A DNA stretch of 64,000 bases from Planctomycetota bacterium (lineage in GTDB: Bacteria; Planctomycetota; UBA1135; UBA2386), in NCBI GenBank assembly GCA_046290465.1, contig JBKAGP010000001.1, forward strand, positions 5,856,001 to 5,920,000. Reading direction: 5' to 3'. The notes under the pieces were generated by a model. The model was not told the origin of the DNA, did not search any database, and worked only from the letters and a program-made list of their open reading frames with translations. Made by a program: the position numbers and the translations under genes. Below are positions 1 through 9,291 of the stretch, piece by piece. The stretch's first letter is position 1; every line of letters begins with the position of its first letter.

Positions 1-599
1 TGCTGCCGATGATCACCACCCGGTCGGAGGTGGTGCGCTGCCGCGAGGTGCTGGACCAGCTGACCGCCGACCTGCGCGCCAACAACGTCGCGTTCGACTC
101 CCGCATCGAGCTGGGCGTGATGGTCGAGGTGCCGGTGCTGGTCTCGGTGCTGCCCGACATCCTGCCGGTCGTCGACTTCGTGTCGGTCGGGACCAACGAC
201 CTGGTGCAGTACCTGTTGGCGGTCGACCGCGACAACCAGCGCGTCGCCAAGATGTACGACCCGTTCCACCCCGGCGTGCTGCGCGTGCTCGCGCAGATCG
301 CCGAATACGCCAAGGCGGCGGGCAAGAGCGCGTCGATCTGCGGCGAGATCGCGGGCGACCAGTGGTTCACGCCGATCCTGGTCGGCCTCGGCTATCGGGA
401 ACTGTCGATGGCGCCGGTGTTCCTGCCGCGCGTCAAGCTGATGCTGCGCAGCTTCTCGCTCGACGAGTGCCGGGCACTCGCGGCCCGCGCGCTGTCGCTG
501 CACGCGACGACGGCGGTGCGCAAGCTGGTGCACGAGGAGATCCTGCCGCGCTGGTCGGCGCAACTCGCGGGTGCGGACGACGGGAGCGCGTCCGCATGA
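1..599 (+). CDS. ptsP: PEP-protein phosphotransferase (PTS enzyme I), C-terminal part, 5' truncated by window
   Basis: Motifs GVMVEVP, DFVSVGTNDLVQYLLAVDR, YDPFHPGVL, SICGEIAGD and ELSMAP of the EI PEP-binding domain; ptsI vs ptsP cannot be resolved without the N-terminus. Confidence 0.92.
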   Translation, partial: LPMITTRSEVVRCREVLDQLTADLRANNVAFDSRIELGVMVEVPVLVSVLPDILPVVDFVSVGTNDLVQYLLAVDRDNQRVAKMYDPFHPGVLRVLAQIAEYAKAAGKSASICGEIAGDQWFTPILVGLGYRELSMAPVFLPRVKLMLRSFSLDECRALAARALSLHATTAVRKLVHEEILPRWSAQLAGADDGSASA

Positions 600-1531
600 G
601 CCAGCGGCCGCTGCGACGTGGCAACTGGTCGGTGCAGGAGCTCGAGCGGCTGCGCCTGTTGCTGCCTCACCGCGGCGTCGAGCAGACCGCCGCCCTGCTG
701 CGGCGTTCGTCGGACAGCGTGCAGCGCAAGGCGTTGGACCTGCTGCGGGTGCCGCAGCGAAAGGGACCGTGGACCAACAGCGACGACCTGCAGCTGCGCC
801 AGGCCTGGGGAGCGCTCGAGCCGCGCATGCTCGCGCCGATGCTCGGCCGGCCGACCGGCGACGTGCGGCGCCGCGCCGACGAGCTGCGCCGTTCGCTGCG
901 GCGGGGGCCCTGGTCGCGCGAGGAGCGTCGCATGCTGAAGAAGCTCTACGGCACGCGGCACGATGAGGACCTCGAGGTCTGCCTGCTGCGCGAGCGCGGG
1001 GAGATCCGTTCGGTCGCCAAGGAACTGTGCCTGGCCAAGGACAAGCGCTTCCAGGCCGGCCAGCAGCGGCCGGCGCGGGAGCGGGACGGTGTGGCCGACG
1101 GCGTCGTCGTGGCCGGCCCGGGCCGTTCGCCGATGCCGCGGTGGACGTCGGAGGAGGTTCGTCGGTTGCGCGAGCTGTATCCGGATCACGACAACCTGAC
1201 GGTCGCGCGCGAGCTCGGCCGCACCGTGACGAGCGTCGCCAACAAGGCCTACCAGCTCGGCATCAAGAAGAGCGCCGAGCTGTTGGCCGACATCGGTCGT
1301 TCGAACATCTCGCATCGCTACCAGGACGAGGCGGAGCTGGCCGCGGGGCCGGTCGGGACTTCGTCCGGCGGCGGGGCGGTGGAGGGAGGATCGGTCGAGG
1401 ACGGGGCGGCGCAGGATGGGCCGGCGCAGGACCGGCCGGTGGGCGACGGGCCGGCGGACCGCGTGGCGGCGGATCCGGCTGCCGAACAGCAGCGGGGCCA
1501 GGTCGGCCGGGCCGCCGACCACGGCGCCTGA
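596..1531 (+). CDS. Protein with four tandem Myb/SANT-like (W-led HTH) repeats and a low-complexity acidic tail
   Basis: ATG at 596 overlaps the EI stop (ATGA); repeats GNWSVQELERL, GPWTNSDDLQL, GPWSREERRML and PRWTSEEVRRL...VARELGRTVTSVANKA. Confidence 0.75.
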   Translation: MSQRPLRRGNWSVQELERLRLLLPHRGVEQTAALLRRSSDSVQRKALDLLRVPQRKGPWTNSDDLQLRQAWGALEPRMLAPMLGRPTGDVRRRADELRRSLRRGPWSREERRMLKKLYGTRHDEDLEVCLLRERGEIRSVAKELCLAKDKRFQAGQQRPARERDGVADGVVVAGPGRSPMPRWTSEEVRRLRELYPDHDNLTVARELGRTVTSVANKAYQLGIKKSAELLADIGRSNISHRYQDEAELAAGPVGTSSGGGAVEGGSVEDGAAQDGPAQDRPVGDGPADRVAADPAAEQQRGQVGRAADHGA

Positions 1532-1690
1532 TCGGCCGGTGGCAGCGGGCTCCGGGGTCGCGACGGGCCGGATCGGGGATGTCCCGGATCGCAACGCGAT
1601 TTCCAACCGGCACTCAACCTGTGCCGGTCCACAAGCCGATGCACCCGGAGCGCCGCCACCAACCGGGCCGGCGCACACCGAGGTTACGCC

Positions 1691-2080
1691 ATGGAAATCG
1701 TAGGGAAGAAGAGTCAGGGCCTGAGCGTTACTGCGCTCAAGGACGACAAGACCGTCATCATCTCGTTCAACGACCGGAGCCTGAACTTCTACGTCACGGA
1801 CTCCCTGAAGGAATCGCTGAAGGAGACGATCAACGCGAAGATCGAGGAAGGCTACGAGCACTTCGTGCTCAACCTCGACAACGTGAAGATCATCGACTCG
1901 TGCGGTGTCGGCCTGATCATCGTGGCCAACAACGTGACGTCGTCGCGCAGCTGCAAGCTCTACCTGAGCAACATCAAGCCGTTCATCGTCAAGATCTTCG
2001 AGATCATGCGCATCTCGAAGCACCTGGCGATCTACGACAAGGAAGACGACGCCCTGCAGGCGATCAAGAACGGCGGCTGA
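1691..2080 (+). CDS. STAS-domain anti-sigma-factor antagonist
   Basis: VLNLDNVKIIDSCGVGLI motif with the conserved phospho-acceptor Ser; GAGG SD upstream. Confidence 0.9.
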   Translation: MEIVGKKSQGLSVTALKDDKTVIISFNDRSLNFYVTDSLKESLKETINAKIEEGYEHFVLNLDNVKIIDSCGVGLIIVANNVTSSRSCKLYLSNIKPFIVKIFEIMRISKHLAIYDKEDDALQAIKNGG

Positions 2081-2162
2081 GCCGCCAACGGCATCTGTTG
2101 ATTCGCCTCGTGGTGGTCCGCCGGTCTCCGGCGCCTCCAAGCCCGGTCGGCGAATTCCGACG

Positions 2163-3749
2163 ATGAACGCCACCATCCTGATCCTGGCCGCAGAACCGAC
2201 GGTCGCCGAGCTGCGGCGACGGTTCGAGGAGGCCGGGGCGATGGTGGACGTTGCGTGTACCGTGCCGGACGTCGTCGCGCGGCTCGAGTCCGCAGCGCCG
2301 CACGCGGTGGCGCTGCACGCGGCCTTCGTCGGTGACGACCTCGACGCGGTGGCGCGGGCCTGTGAACTCGCCGGTGTCGAGCGCGTGCTCGCGATCGACA
2401 GAGCGCCGCAGCCGGTGCACTACGAACGTGCGATGGCGATCGGGGCGCTCGGCGTGCTGGCTGCCGCCGGACCGATCGGCGACGTGCGCAACGTGTTGGC
2501 GCGGCTGCAGCAGCGCTGCGAGCATCGCGGCCGGCAGCGCGGCGAGGTCGAGCGCTGGCGGGTCCAGTCCGAGGAGCTCCGCCGTCGATGCAAGCAGCAG
2601 GCCGAGAAGTTCCAGGAGACGCAGGAGACCTTCTATCTCGACCTGTCACGCATGATGACGATCATCACGAACATCATGGACGGCATCGTGTTCGTCGACC
2701 GCGGCGGCAACGTCACGTTGATGAATCCGGTGGCCGAGGACCTGCTCGGCATGAAGTCCTTCGTCGCGATCGGCAAGTCGATCACCGCGCTGCAGGGCCA
2801 GCGTGAGCTGCTCGACGCCCTGGTCGCCGACCACGAGCGGGTCGAGGTCCGCGACGAGAAGGAGGCCTTCCGCACGGTCGAGGTGCACCACAGCGAGCAG
2901 GACCTGCTCTACATCAAGTGCATGACCAGCCGGGTGCTCGACTATCGCGGCCAGCCGGCCGGCACGCTGACCGTGCTCCGCGACGTCACCGCCGAGTTCA
3001 AGACGGACCAGCTCAAGAACCAGTACCTGTCGATCGTCGCGCACGAACTGCGCACGCCGCTGACCGGCATCAAGACGTTCGCCACGATGATGGCGAAGGG
3101 CACGCTGGGCGGCCTCAACGACCGTCAGGAGCGGGTCTGCGAGTCGATCAAGGAGCAGTCGGTGCGGCTGGAGCACCAGATCGACAAGCTGATCAACCTC
3201 GGCAACCTGGAGTCGGCGGACTACGGGCAGGACCGCGAGGTGGTCGATCTGCAGGATTTTCTCGCCGGGATGCTGCTGCCGTTCGAGCAGCCGGCGCGCG
3301 ATCGTCGCATCGAACTGGAGCTCTGCTGCGACGTCGACGAGGCGTCGCTGTTCGCCGATCGCAGCGACCTGCGACGGGCGTGCCAGGCGCTCATCGAGAA
3401 CGCGGTCAAGTTCGCCCAGGACGAGGGCCGCGTCGAAGTCGCGGTGCGATCGGAGGGTGACGGCCTGCGCTTCCACGTGCGCGACGACGGCATCGGCATC
3501 GACCCGCGCTACCAGCGCCGCATCTTCGAGAAGTTCTTCCAGGTCGAGGACCCGCTGACCAGGCACCACGGCGGTGCCGGGCTCGGCCTGTTCGTGGCCC
3601 GCGGGATCGTCGAAGCACACGGAAGCCGCATCGAAGTCTCCAGTCAGCTGGGGCAAGGTGCCGATTTCTCCTTCATGCTCCCCATCTACCGCCCCGAGCA
3701 TGCCGGGGTCGGGGCCGGGGACGCCGACCGACTGAGTGAGGGCACCTAG
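2163..3749 (+). CDS. PAS sensor histidine kinase with degenerate N-terminal receiver-like domain
   Basis: PAS (DGIVFVD...LMNPVAE), H-box AHELRTPL, N-box ENAVKF, G boxes DDGIGI and GAGLGL; no transmembrane segment. Confidence 0.93.
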   Translation: MNATILILAAEPTVAELRRRFEEAGAMVDVACTVPDVVARLESAAPHAVALHAAFVGDDLDAVARACELAGVERVLAIDRAPQPVHYERAMAIGALGVLAAAGPIGDVRNVLARLQQRCEHRGRQRGEVERWRVQSEELRRRCKQQAEKFQETQETFYLDLSRMMTIITNIMDGIVFVDRGGNVTLMNPVAEDLLGMKSFVAIGKSITALQGQRELLDALVADHERVEVRDEKEAFRTVEVHHSEQDLLYIKCMTSRVLDYRGQPAGTLTVLRDVTAEFKTDQLKNQYLSIVAHELRTPLTGIKTFATMMAKGTLGGLNDRQERVCESIKEQSVRLEHQIDKLINLGNLESADYGQDREVVDLQDFLAGMLLPFEQPARDRRIELELCCDVDEASLFADRSDLRRACQALIENAVKFAQDEGRVEVAVRSEGDGLRFHVRDDGIGIDPRYQRRIFEKFFQVEDPLTRHHGGAGLGLFVARGIVEAHGSRIEVSSQLGQGADFSFMLPIYRPEHAGVGAGDADRLSEGT

Positions 3750-4124
3750 ATGGAAAGAACCGTTCTGATCATCGAAGACGAGAAGCTGATCATCGTCTCC
3801 ACGCAGATGGTGCTCGAGGCGGCAGGATTCCGCGTCGAGTCCGCGATGAACGGCGAGGACGGCATCTCGAAGGCGCGCACGCAGTCGCCCGACCTGATCC
3901 TGCTCGACATCATGATGCCGGGCATCGACGGCTGGGAGACGCTGACGCGCCTCAAGCGGGACGCCGAGACCTCGAACATCCCGGTGGTGATCTTCACGGC
4001 GCGCGAGCACTCGCGCGGCCACCAGAAGAGCGCCGAGATGGGCGCCGCGGACTACTTCCGCAAGCCGTTCGAGCCCGACGAGCTGATCGAGCTGGTCGAG
4101 AAGCACTGCGGCCAGCAGGCCTGA
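3750..4124 (+). CDS. Single-domain response regulator (CheY-like)
   Basis: IIEDE, PDLILLDIMMPGIDG, FTA and KPF motifs. Confidence 0.95.
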   Translation: MERTVLIIEDEKLIIVSTQMVLEAAGFRVESAMNGEDGISKARTQSPDLILLDIMMPGIDGWETLTRLKRDAETSNIPVVIFTAREHSRGHQKSAEMGAADYFRKPFEPDELIELVEKHCGQQA

Positions 4125-4159
4125 ACCCGTTCGCGCCGCTTCAGGCGCCCCGTTCCGTC

Positions 4160-5149
4160 ATGCAGCTCGGCGTCGTATCGCTGTGGTCCCTGCTGGAGGC
4201 GTGCCGCGCCGGCAGTGAGGAGGAGCAGCGCGAGGCCGCGGCGACGGCCGCCATGGTGGTGCAAGACCACGTCGGCGAGCGTTCGCTGACGCTGGAGTTG
4301 CGCGACTCCGTGCTCGTCATCGACGACTTCCCGGCCGTCAGCGGGGTCGACACGTTCGCCGCGACCCACGGCCTGCTCGGCTTCCTGCGCGACGCCGGGG
4401 TGCAGTGGGTGCGGTTTGCGCGGGACGTCGACGCCGACGCGCTGCGCGCCTGGGCCGCGCACGTGGTCGTTGGCGACGCACCCACGGCGTGGCCGGCCGG
4501 CGTCGAGGTGCGGCTGCGCTGTGAGCCGACCTCGACAGATCTGGTCCGGCCGCAGGCGCCGCGCGCGGCGATCGACGTGCCCGACTCCCGCCTGCGTTCG
4601 GTGTTCCTGCAGCACCGCCTGATCGCGGGTCTGCCGCGGATCGCCGGCGTCGACGCGGCGACCGCCAAGCTGGTGATCCAGGGCGTGGTCGATCGCCTGC
4701 TGCAGGTCGAAGGTGGGCTCGAGCCGTTGATGCTGCTGCAGGAGGACGAGTCGGTGCTGCAGCGCAGCACGGCGGTCGCGGTGCTGACCGTGGTGATCGC
4801 GCGCTGCGCCGGCTGGCCGCTCGAGCAGCTCGCCGACGTCGGTGCGGCCGGTCTGTTGCACGACCTCGGCAGCGTGCTCGACGAGCGCGCGCCGGGAACC
4901 GCCGCGTTCCGATGGCTGCTGGACTGCGGCGACGACGACTTCTGGCTGCGCAGCGCACTCTGCGCCCGCCGTTGGCGCGACGGCGAGCAGGCGATGGCCG
5001 ACCCGGCCGGGCCGCTCGCGATCATCGCGATCGTGCGGCTGGCGGTCGCCGCACACGGAGGCGGCGCGGCCGCGATCGACGCGGTGGGCGAGCGCGGCGA
5101 CGTGCCGCCGGCGCTCGTCGCGATCGCGCGCCAGGCGATCGCCGCCTGA
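4160..5149 (+). CDS. Degenerate HD-domain (HD-GYP-like) protein
   Basis: AGLLHDLG motif preceded by RSTAVAVL; no GYP motif. Confidence 0.6.
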   Translation: MQLGVVSLWSLLEACRAGSEEEQREAAATAAMVVQDHVGERSLTLELRDSVLVIDDFPAVSGVDTFAATHGLLGFLRDAGVQWVRFARDVDADALRAWAAHVVVGDAPTAWPAGVEVRLRCEPTSTDLVRPQAPRAAIDVPDSRLRSVFLQHRLIAGLPRIAGVDAATAKLVIQGVVDRLLQVEGGLEPLMLLQEDESVLQRSTAVAVLTVVIARCAGWPLEQLADVGAAGLLHDLGSVLDERAPGTAAFRWLLDCGDDDFWLRSALCARRWRDGEQAMADPAGPLAIIAIVRLAVAAHGGGAAAIDAVGERGDVPPALVAIARQAIAA

Positions 5150-5169
5150 GCGCGATCGCCGCGGTGGCG

Positions 5170-6438
5170 CTACTCGTGGCGCAGGGCGTCGACCGGGTCC
5201 ATGTTGGCGGCGCGCCAGGCCGGGTAGAGGCCGAACACGACCCCGACCATCGCCGAGATGCCGAACGCGAGCATCACGTGCTGCGGCAGGATGATGGTCT
5301 TCTGCTGGAACCAGAGCGTGATCAGGAACGGCAGGATCACGCCGAGCGTGACGCCGACCACGCCGCCGAGCGCGGACAGCACGCCCGACTCGACCAGGAA
5401 CTGCTGCACGATGTGCTTCTTCTTGGCGCCGAGCGCGCGTCGGATGCCGATCTCGCGGGTGCGTTCGGTGACCGTCGCGAGCATCACGTTCATGATGCCG
5501 ATGCCGCCGACCAGCAGGCTGATCGAGGCGATCACCGCGAGCACGATGTTGAACATGCGCTTGCTCTCCTCCTCCTGCTTGAGCAGTTCGAGCGGCACCG
5601 TCACGATCACGTCGCCCTTCTCGCGGATGCTCTTCGCGAGCAGGTCGCGCATCACGCGGGCCCCGTCGGGCACGTCCTCGGAGGTCGGCATCTTGACCTT
5701 GACCTCGGCGAGCTCGACGCGCTCGCGCGAGAACGAGCCGCCCGAGCGGGTCGTGTTGACGTCGCCGAAGCGCCGCTGGTGCGTGTGCAGCGGCACGAAC
5801 ATGCACTCGTCGTACGGCGTGCTGCCGGCGCCGGCGGTGCGCCCCTGCTCGTCGAGGATGCCGACGACGCGGTAGCGGTCGTCGCCGCTGACCAGCACGG
5901 TCTGGTCCATCGGGTTGTCGAGCGGGAACAGCAGCCGCGCCAGGGTCGCGCCCAGCACGCACACGTTGGCCAGCCGTCGGTCGTCGATCTCGGCCAGCCA
6001 GCGGCCCTCGCGGACCCTCATGTTGGTGATCGGCAGGAAGCTCGGCTCGGTGCCGACGATGATCGACGTGTGGAAGTTCTCGCCGCGCATCATCGGTCGC
6101 TTGACCTCGCGCACGCGTGCGACCTGGGCGCTCGGGATCGACGCCTCGATCAGGTCGGCCTCGGCGTAGAGCAGGCCGTAGGCGAGCGCCGACCAGGTGC
6201 TCGCCGAGCTGCTCGACGCCGTCTCCGCCGGCTTCTTGCTGCGCGCGATCAGGTTGGTGACGCCCATGTCCTGGAAGCGCTCGAGCGCGTCCTGCTTGGC
6301 GCCTTCGCCGACCGCCAGCATCGCGATGACCGACGCCACGCCGAACAGGATGCCGGCCGTCGTCAGCGCGCTGCGCAGCTTGTGCAGCATCAGGCTCTTG
6401 AGGCCGAGGCGCACGATGCGCCAGGTGTCGCGGATCAT
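5170..6438 (-). CDS. MacB/FtsX-family ABC transporter permease
   Basis: KLRSALT, GGIGIMNVMLATVTERTREIGIRRALGA and PAWRAANMDPVDALRHE. Confidence 0.95.
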   Translation of the reverse strand: MIRDTWRIVRLGLKSLMLHKLRSALTTAGILFGVASVIAMLAVGEGAKQDALERFQDMGVTNLIARSKKPAETASSSSASTWSALAYGLLYAEADLIEASIPSAQVARVREVKRPMMRGENFHTSIIVGTEPSFLPITNMRVREGRWLAEIDDRRLANVCVLGATLARLLFPLDNPMDQTVLVSGDDRYRVVGILDEQGRTAGAGSTPYDECMFVPLHTHQRRFGDVNTTRSGGSFSRERVELAEVKVKMPTSEDVPDGARVMRDLLAKSIREKGDVIVTVPLELLKQEEESKRMFNIVLAVIASISLLVGGIGIMNVMLATVTERTREIGIRRALGAKKKHIVQQFLVESGVLSALGGVVGVTLGVILPFLITLWFQQKTIILPQHVMLAFGISAMVGVVFGLYPAWRAANMDPVDALRHE

Positions 6439-7190
6439 GCGTGGCCCTCCGCCCGGCCGGACGCAGTCATCTTGCGGTCGTTCTCAATCAGCTTCTCGAC
6501 CTCGCCGTCCTTCAGCCACAGCGTGCGGTCGGCGCGTTCGGCGACCGCCGGGTTGTGCGTGACCATCACGATCGTGACGCCGTCGGGGCGCAGGTCGTCG
6601 AACAGGTCGAGGATCTCGCTCTCGGTGTTGCTGTCGAGGTTGCCGGTCGCCTCGTCGGCGAGCAGGAACAGCGGGTCGTTCATCAGCGCGCGTGCGATCG
6701 CGACGCGCTGCTGCTGGCCGCCGGACAGCTCGAGCGGCTTGTGCTCGAGGCGCTGGCCGAGGCCGACGCGGTCGGCCAGGTACTCGGCCTTCTTGCGCGA
6801 TTCGGGGCCCACGCGTCCCTGGTAGAACAGCGGCACCTCGAGGTTCTCGAGCACCGTCAGCTGCGGGATCAGGTTGAACGACTGGAAGATGAAGCCGATC
6901 TCGGTGCCGCGCACGTTGGAGAGCGCGTCGTCGTTGAGCTTGCTGACGTCGCGGCCACCGACGCGATACTCGCCGGTGGTGGGGCGGTCGAGGCAGCCGA
7001 GCAGGTTGAGCATGGTGCTCTTGCCGGAGCCCGAACGGCCCATGATCGTCAGGTAGTCACCGCGGTGGACCTGCATCGACACGCCGTTGAGGGCGCGCAC
7101 GACGTTGTCGCCCATCTTGTAGTGGCGGTGGACGTCGACGAACTCGGCGATGATCTCGCTGCTGTTGCTGGCGGGGTCGCTCACGAGCAC
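6435..7190 (-). CDS. MacB/LolD-type ABC transporter ATP-binding protein
   Basis: Walker A GRSGSGKST, signature LSGGQQQRV, LLADEATGNLD. Confidence 0.95.
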   Translation of the reverse strand: MLVSDPASNSSEIIAEFVDVHRHYKMGDNVVRALNGVSMQVHRGDYLTIMGRSGSGKSTMLNLLGCLDRPTTGEYRVGGRDVSKLNDDALSNVRGTEIGFIFQSFNLIPQLTVLENLEVPLFYQGRVGPESRKKAEYLADRVGLGQRLEHKPLELSGGQQQRVAIARALMNDPLFLLADEATGNLDSNTESEILDLFDDLRPDGVTIVMVTHNPAVAERADRTLWLKDGEVEKLIENDRKMTASGRAEGHA

Positions 7191-9289
7191 TACTCTCCGC
7201 CTCGCCGGTCGCCGCCACCGCCCGGGCCGCCGCCGCCGGGGCCACGGCCACCGCGCCCGCCGCGGCTGCCCATCGCCTTGCGCATCGCATCGCTGAGCTT
7301 CTGCGCCTCGTCGAGCTTGCCGTTGTCGATCGCGCTGATGATCGCCTTGAGCTTCTGCGTCGACTTCTCGAGCTGCTCACCGCTGAGGTAGTTGCTCATG
7401 TTGCCGATCGTGCTCACCAGGCGTGCCTTGGCCTCGCCGAGCTCCTCGGCCGACATCTCCGGGTACTTCTTGCGCGGGCCGCCGCGACGGCTGCCGCCGC
7501 GCTCCCGGCCGCCCCGCTGGCCGTCGCCGCGCTCGGTCTCCTTGGTGAGCTGGTCGCCGCTCGGCTTCTTGACCGGCGCCGGCTCCGGCGCCGCGGGCTG
7601 GTCGAACTTCGGGTCGGCCTGGCCGCCCGGCGGCGTGCGGTAGATCTGGTCGCCTTCGGTGAGGCCCTCTTCGACGACGACCTTCTCCTGGTTGTTGGCG
7701 CCGACCTGGATCGCGACGGCGACCGGGCCGTCGGCCGTCTCCTTCCAGACGTAGTTGACGGCGCGGTCGCGCCGCACCGCCTGGATCGGGATCGTCAGCA
7801 CGTTCGGCACCGTGTCGACGGTGATCGTGGCGGCGGCCTTCATGCCGGCCTTCAGCGACTCGTCGCGGTTGATGCCGTCGAGCATCACCTCGGTGGTGTA
7901 GACCTTCTTGTCGTTGCCGGACCAGCGGCTGGCCGAGTCGGCGACCGGTGCGACGTAGGTCACGCGGCCGGTCAGGATCTCGTTGGGGCGGACCTCGGCG
8001 CTGATGTGCGCGGGCATGCCGCGACGCACCTTCTCGACCATCGCCTCCTGCACCTTGATCTTGCACTTCAGCCGGCTGTTGTCCGGCAGGATGATGATCG
8101 TCTGGTACTGGCGCACGCTGGTGCCCTCCTCGACCGGTTCGCTGTCGCCGCGGCCGCGGGACACCTTCGAGTAGACCACCAGGCCCTCGCCGGGCGAGTA
8201 GATCACCGAGTTGTCGATCTGGCGGTTGAGCGTCGACAGACGGTCGCTCGCGATCTCGAACTCCTTCTGCTTGGCGTCGATGTCGAACTGCGAGTTCTTG
8301 CGCTCGGCGTCGTTCTTCGCGGTGACGCGTGCGACCTCGAGTTCGGCGTTCTCGAGGTTCTGCCGCATCTCGATCTTGTCGCGCTGCAGCGTGTAGTTGA
8401 TCAGCAGCTCGAGGTCGTTCCACGCGATCGTGACCTTCGACGCCTGGCTCTGGAACGCCAGTACGTCGCGCTCGAGCTCGTTGCGGGTGATGAACTGCTT
8501 GCTGGCGAGGCGGCGGCTGTGGGCGGCCGTGTCCTCCTTGACCTTCAGGTCCGCCATCGCGAGGCGGATCGTGTCGGCCTGCTGCAGGATCTTGTTGGCC
8601 ATCTCGCCCATGTCGCGCTGCAGCGGGTCGCCCGCTTCGCCGTCGACGGTCAGCAGCGTGCGCACCTTGGGGATCAGGCCGGCGTAGTTCTGCGGATGCA
8701 CGTGCGCGACCAGCTGCGAGCCCTCGGTCGCCGCGGCGATGGTCGTGCCCTGGCCCTCCTTCGGCTCCGGCGGATTCACCAGCTCCTCGAGGCGCTTGAC
8801 CATGTCGGCGTTCTTGCCCTCGGAGCCCTGGCCGTCCTTGGCGCCCAGCAGCTTCTGCAGCTCCATCGCGGAGATCTGGCGCTGCGACTCGGCCGTGTTC
8901 AGGTTGGCTTGCAGCTCCTTCTCGAGGATCTCCTGCGCGGTGCGCGCCTGCTCGAGCGCGTTGCGCGCCTTCTCGACCGAGATCTCCTGCGTGGCGCGCT
9001 TCTCGACCAGCTCGGTGACGTCGAGCTCGACCAGCTTGTCGCCCTTCTTGACCAGGGTGCCTTCGGGGATCAGGCTCAGGATCGTGGCGCTGCCTTCGAT
9101 CTGGGACTTGACCTCGACCTCGTTGACGGCGACGAGCTCGCCGCCCTCCTTGACGTTGATCGGCAGGTCTTCGCGGCTCACCTTGTAGAGGTTGACGCGG
9201 TTGTCGGACTTCGTCTCGTTCCCGCCGCACGCCGCGAGCATCGCGGCGGTGGTCAGGAGGAAGGCGACGTGGTTCGTGCGGGAACGCAT
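7190..9289 (-). CDS. Periplasmic adaptor (HlyD/MacA-like) lipoprotein with long coiled coil and Gly/Arg-rich tail
   Basis: Lipobox LAAC; lipoyl-like halves EGTLVKKGDKLVEL and IYSPGEGLV; lies in an operon with the ABC genes and TolC. Confidence 0.88.
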   Translation of the reverse strand: MRSRTNHVAFLLTTAAMLAACGGNETKSDNRVNLYKVSREDLPINVKEGGELVAVNEVEVKSQIEGSATILSLIPEGTLVKKGDKLVELDVTELVEKRATQEISVEKARNALEQARTAQEILEKELQANLNTAESQRQISAMELQKLLGAKDGQGSEGKNADMVKRLEELVNPPEPKEGQGTTIAAATEGSQLVAHVHPQNYAGLIPKVRTLLTVDGEAGDPLQRDMGEMANKILQQADTIRLAMADLKVKEDTAAHSRRLASKQFITRNELERDVLAFQSQASKVTIAWNDLELLINYTLQRDKIEMRQNLENAELEVARVTAKNDAERKNSQFDIDAKQKEFEIASDRLSTLNRQIDNSVIYSPGEGLVVYSKVSRGRGDSEPVEEGTSVRQYQTIIILPDNSRLKCKIKVQEAMVEKVRRGMPAHISAEVRPNEILTGRVTYVAPVADSASRWSGNDKKVYTTEVMLDGINRDESLKAGMKAAATITVDTVPNVLTIPIQAVRRDRAVNYVWKETADGPVAVAIQVGANNQEKVVVEEGLTEGDQIYRTPPGGQADPKFDQPAAPEPAPVKKPSGDQLTKETERGDGQRGGRERGGSRRGGPRKKYPEMSAEELGEAKARLVSTIGNMSNYLSGEQLEKSTQKLKAIISAIDNGKLDEAQKLSDAMRKAMGSRGGRGGRGPGGGGPGGGGDRRGGE

Positions 9290-9291
9290 GT

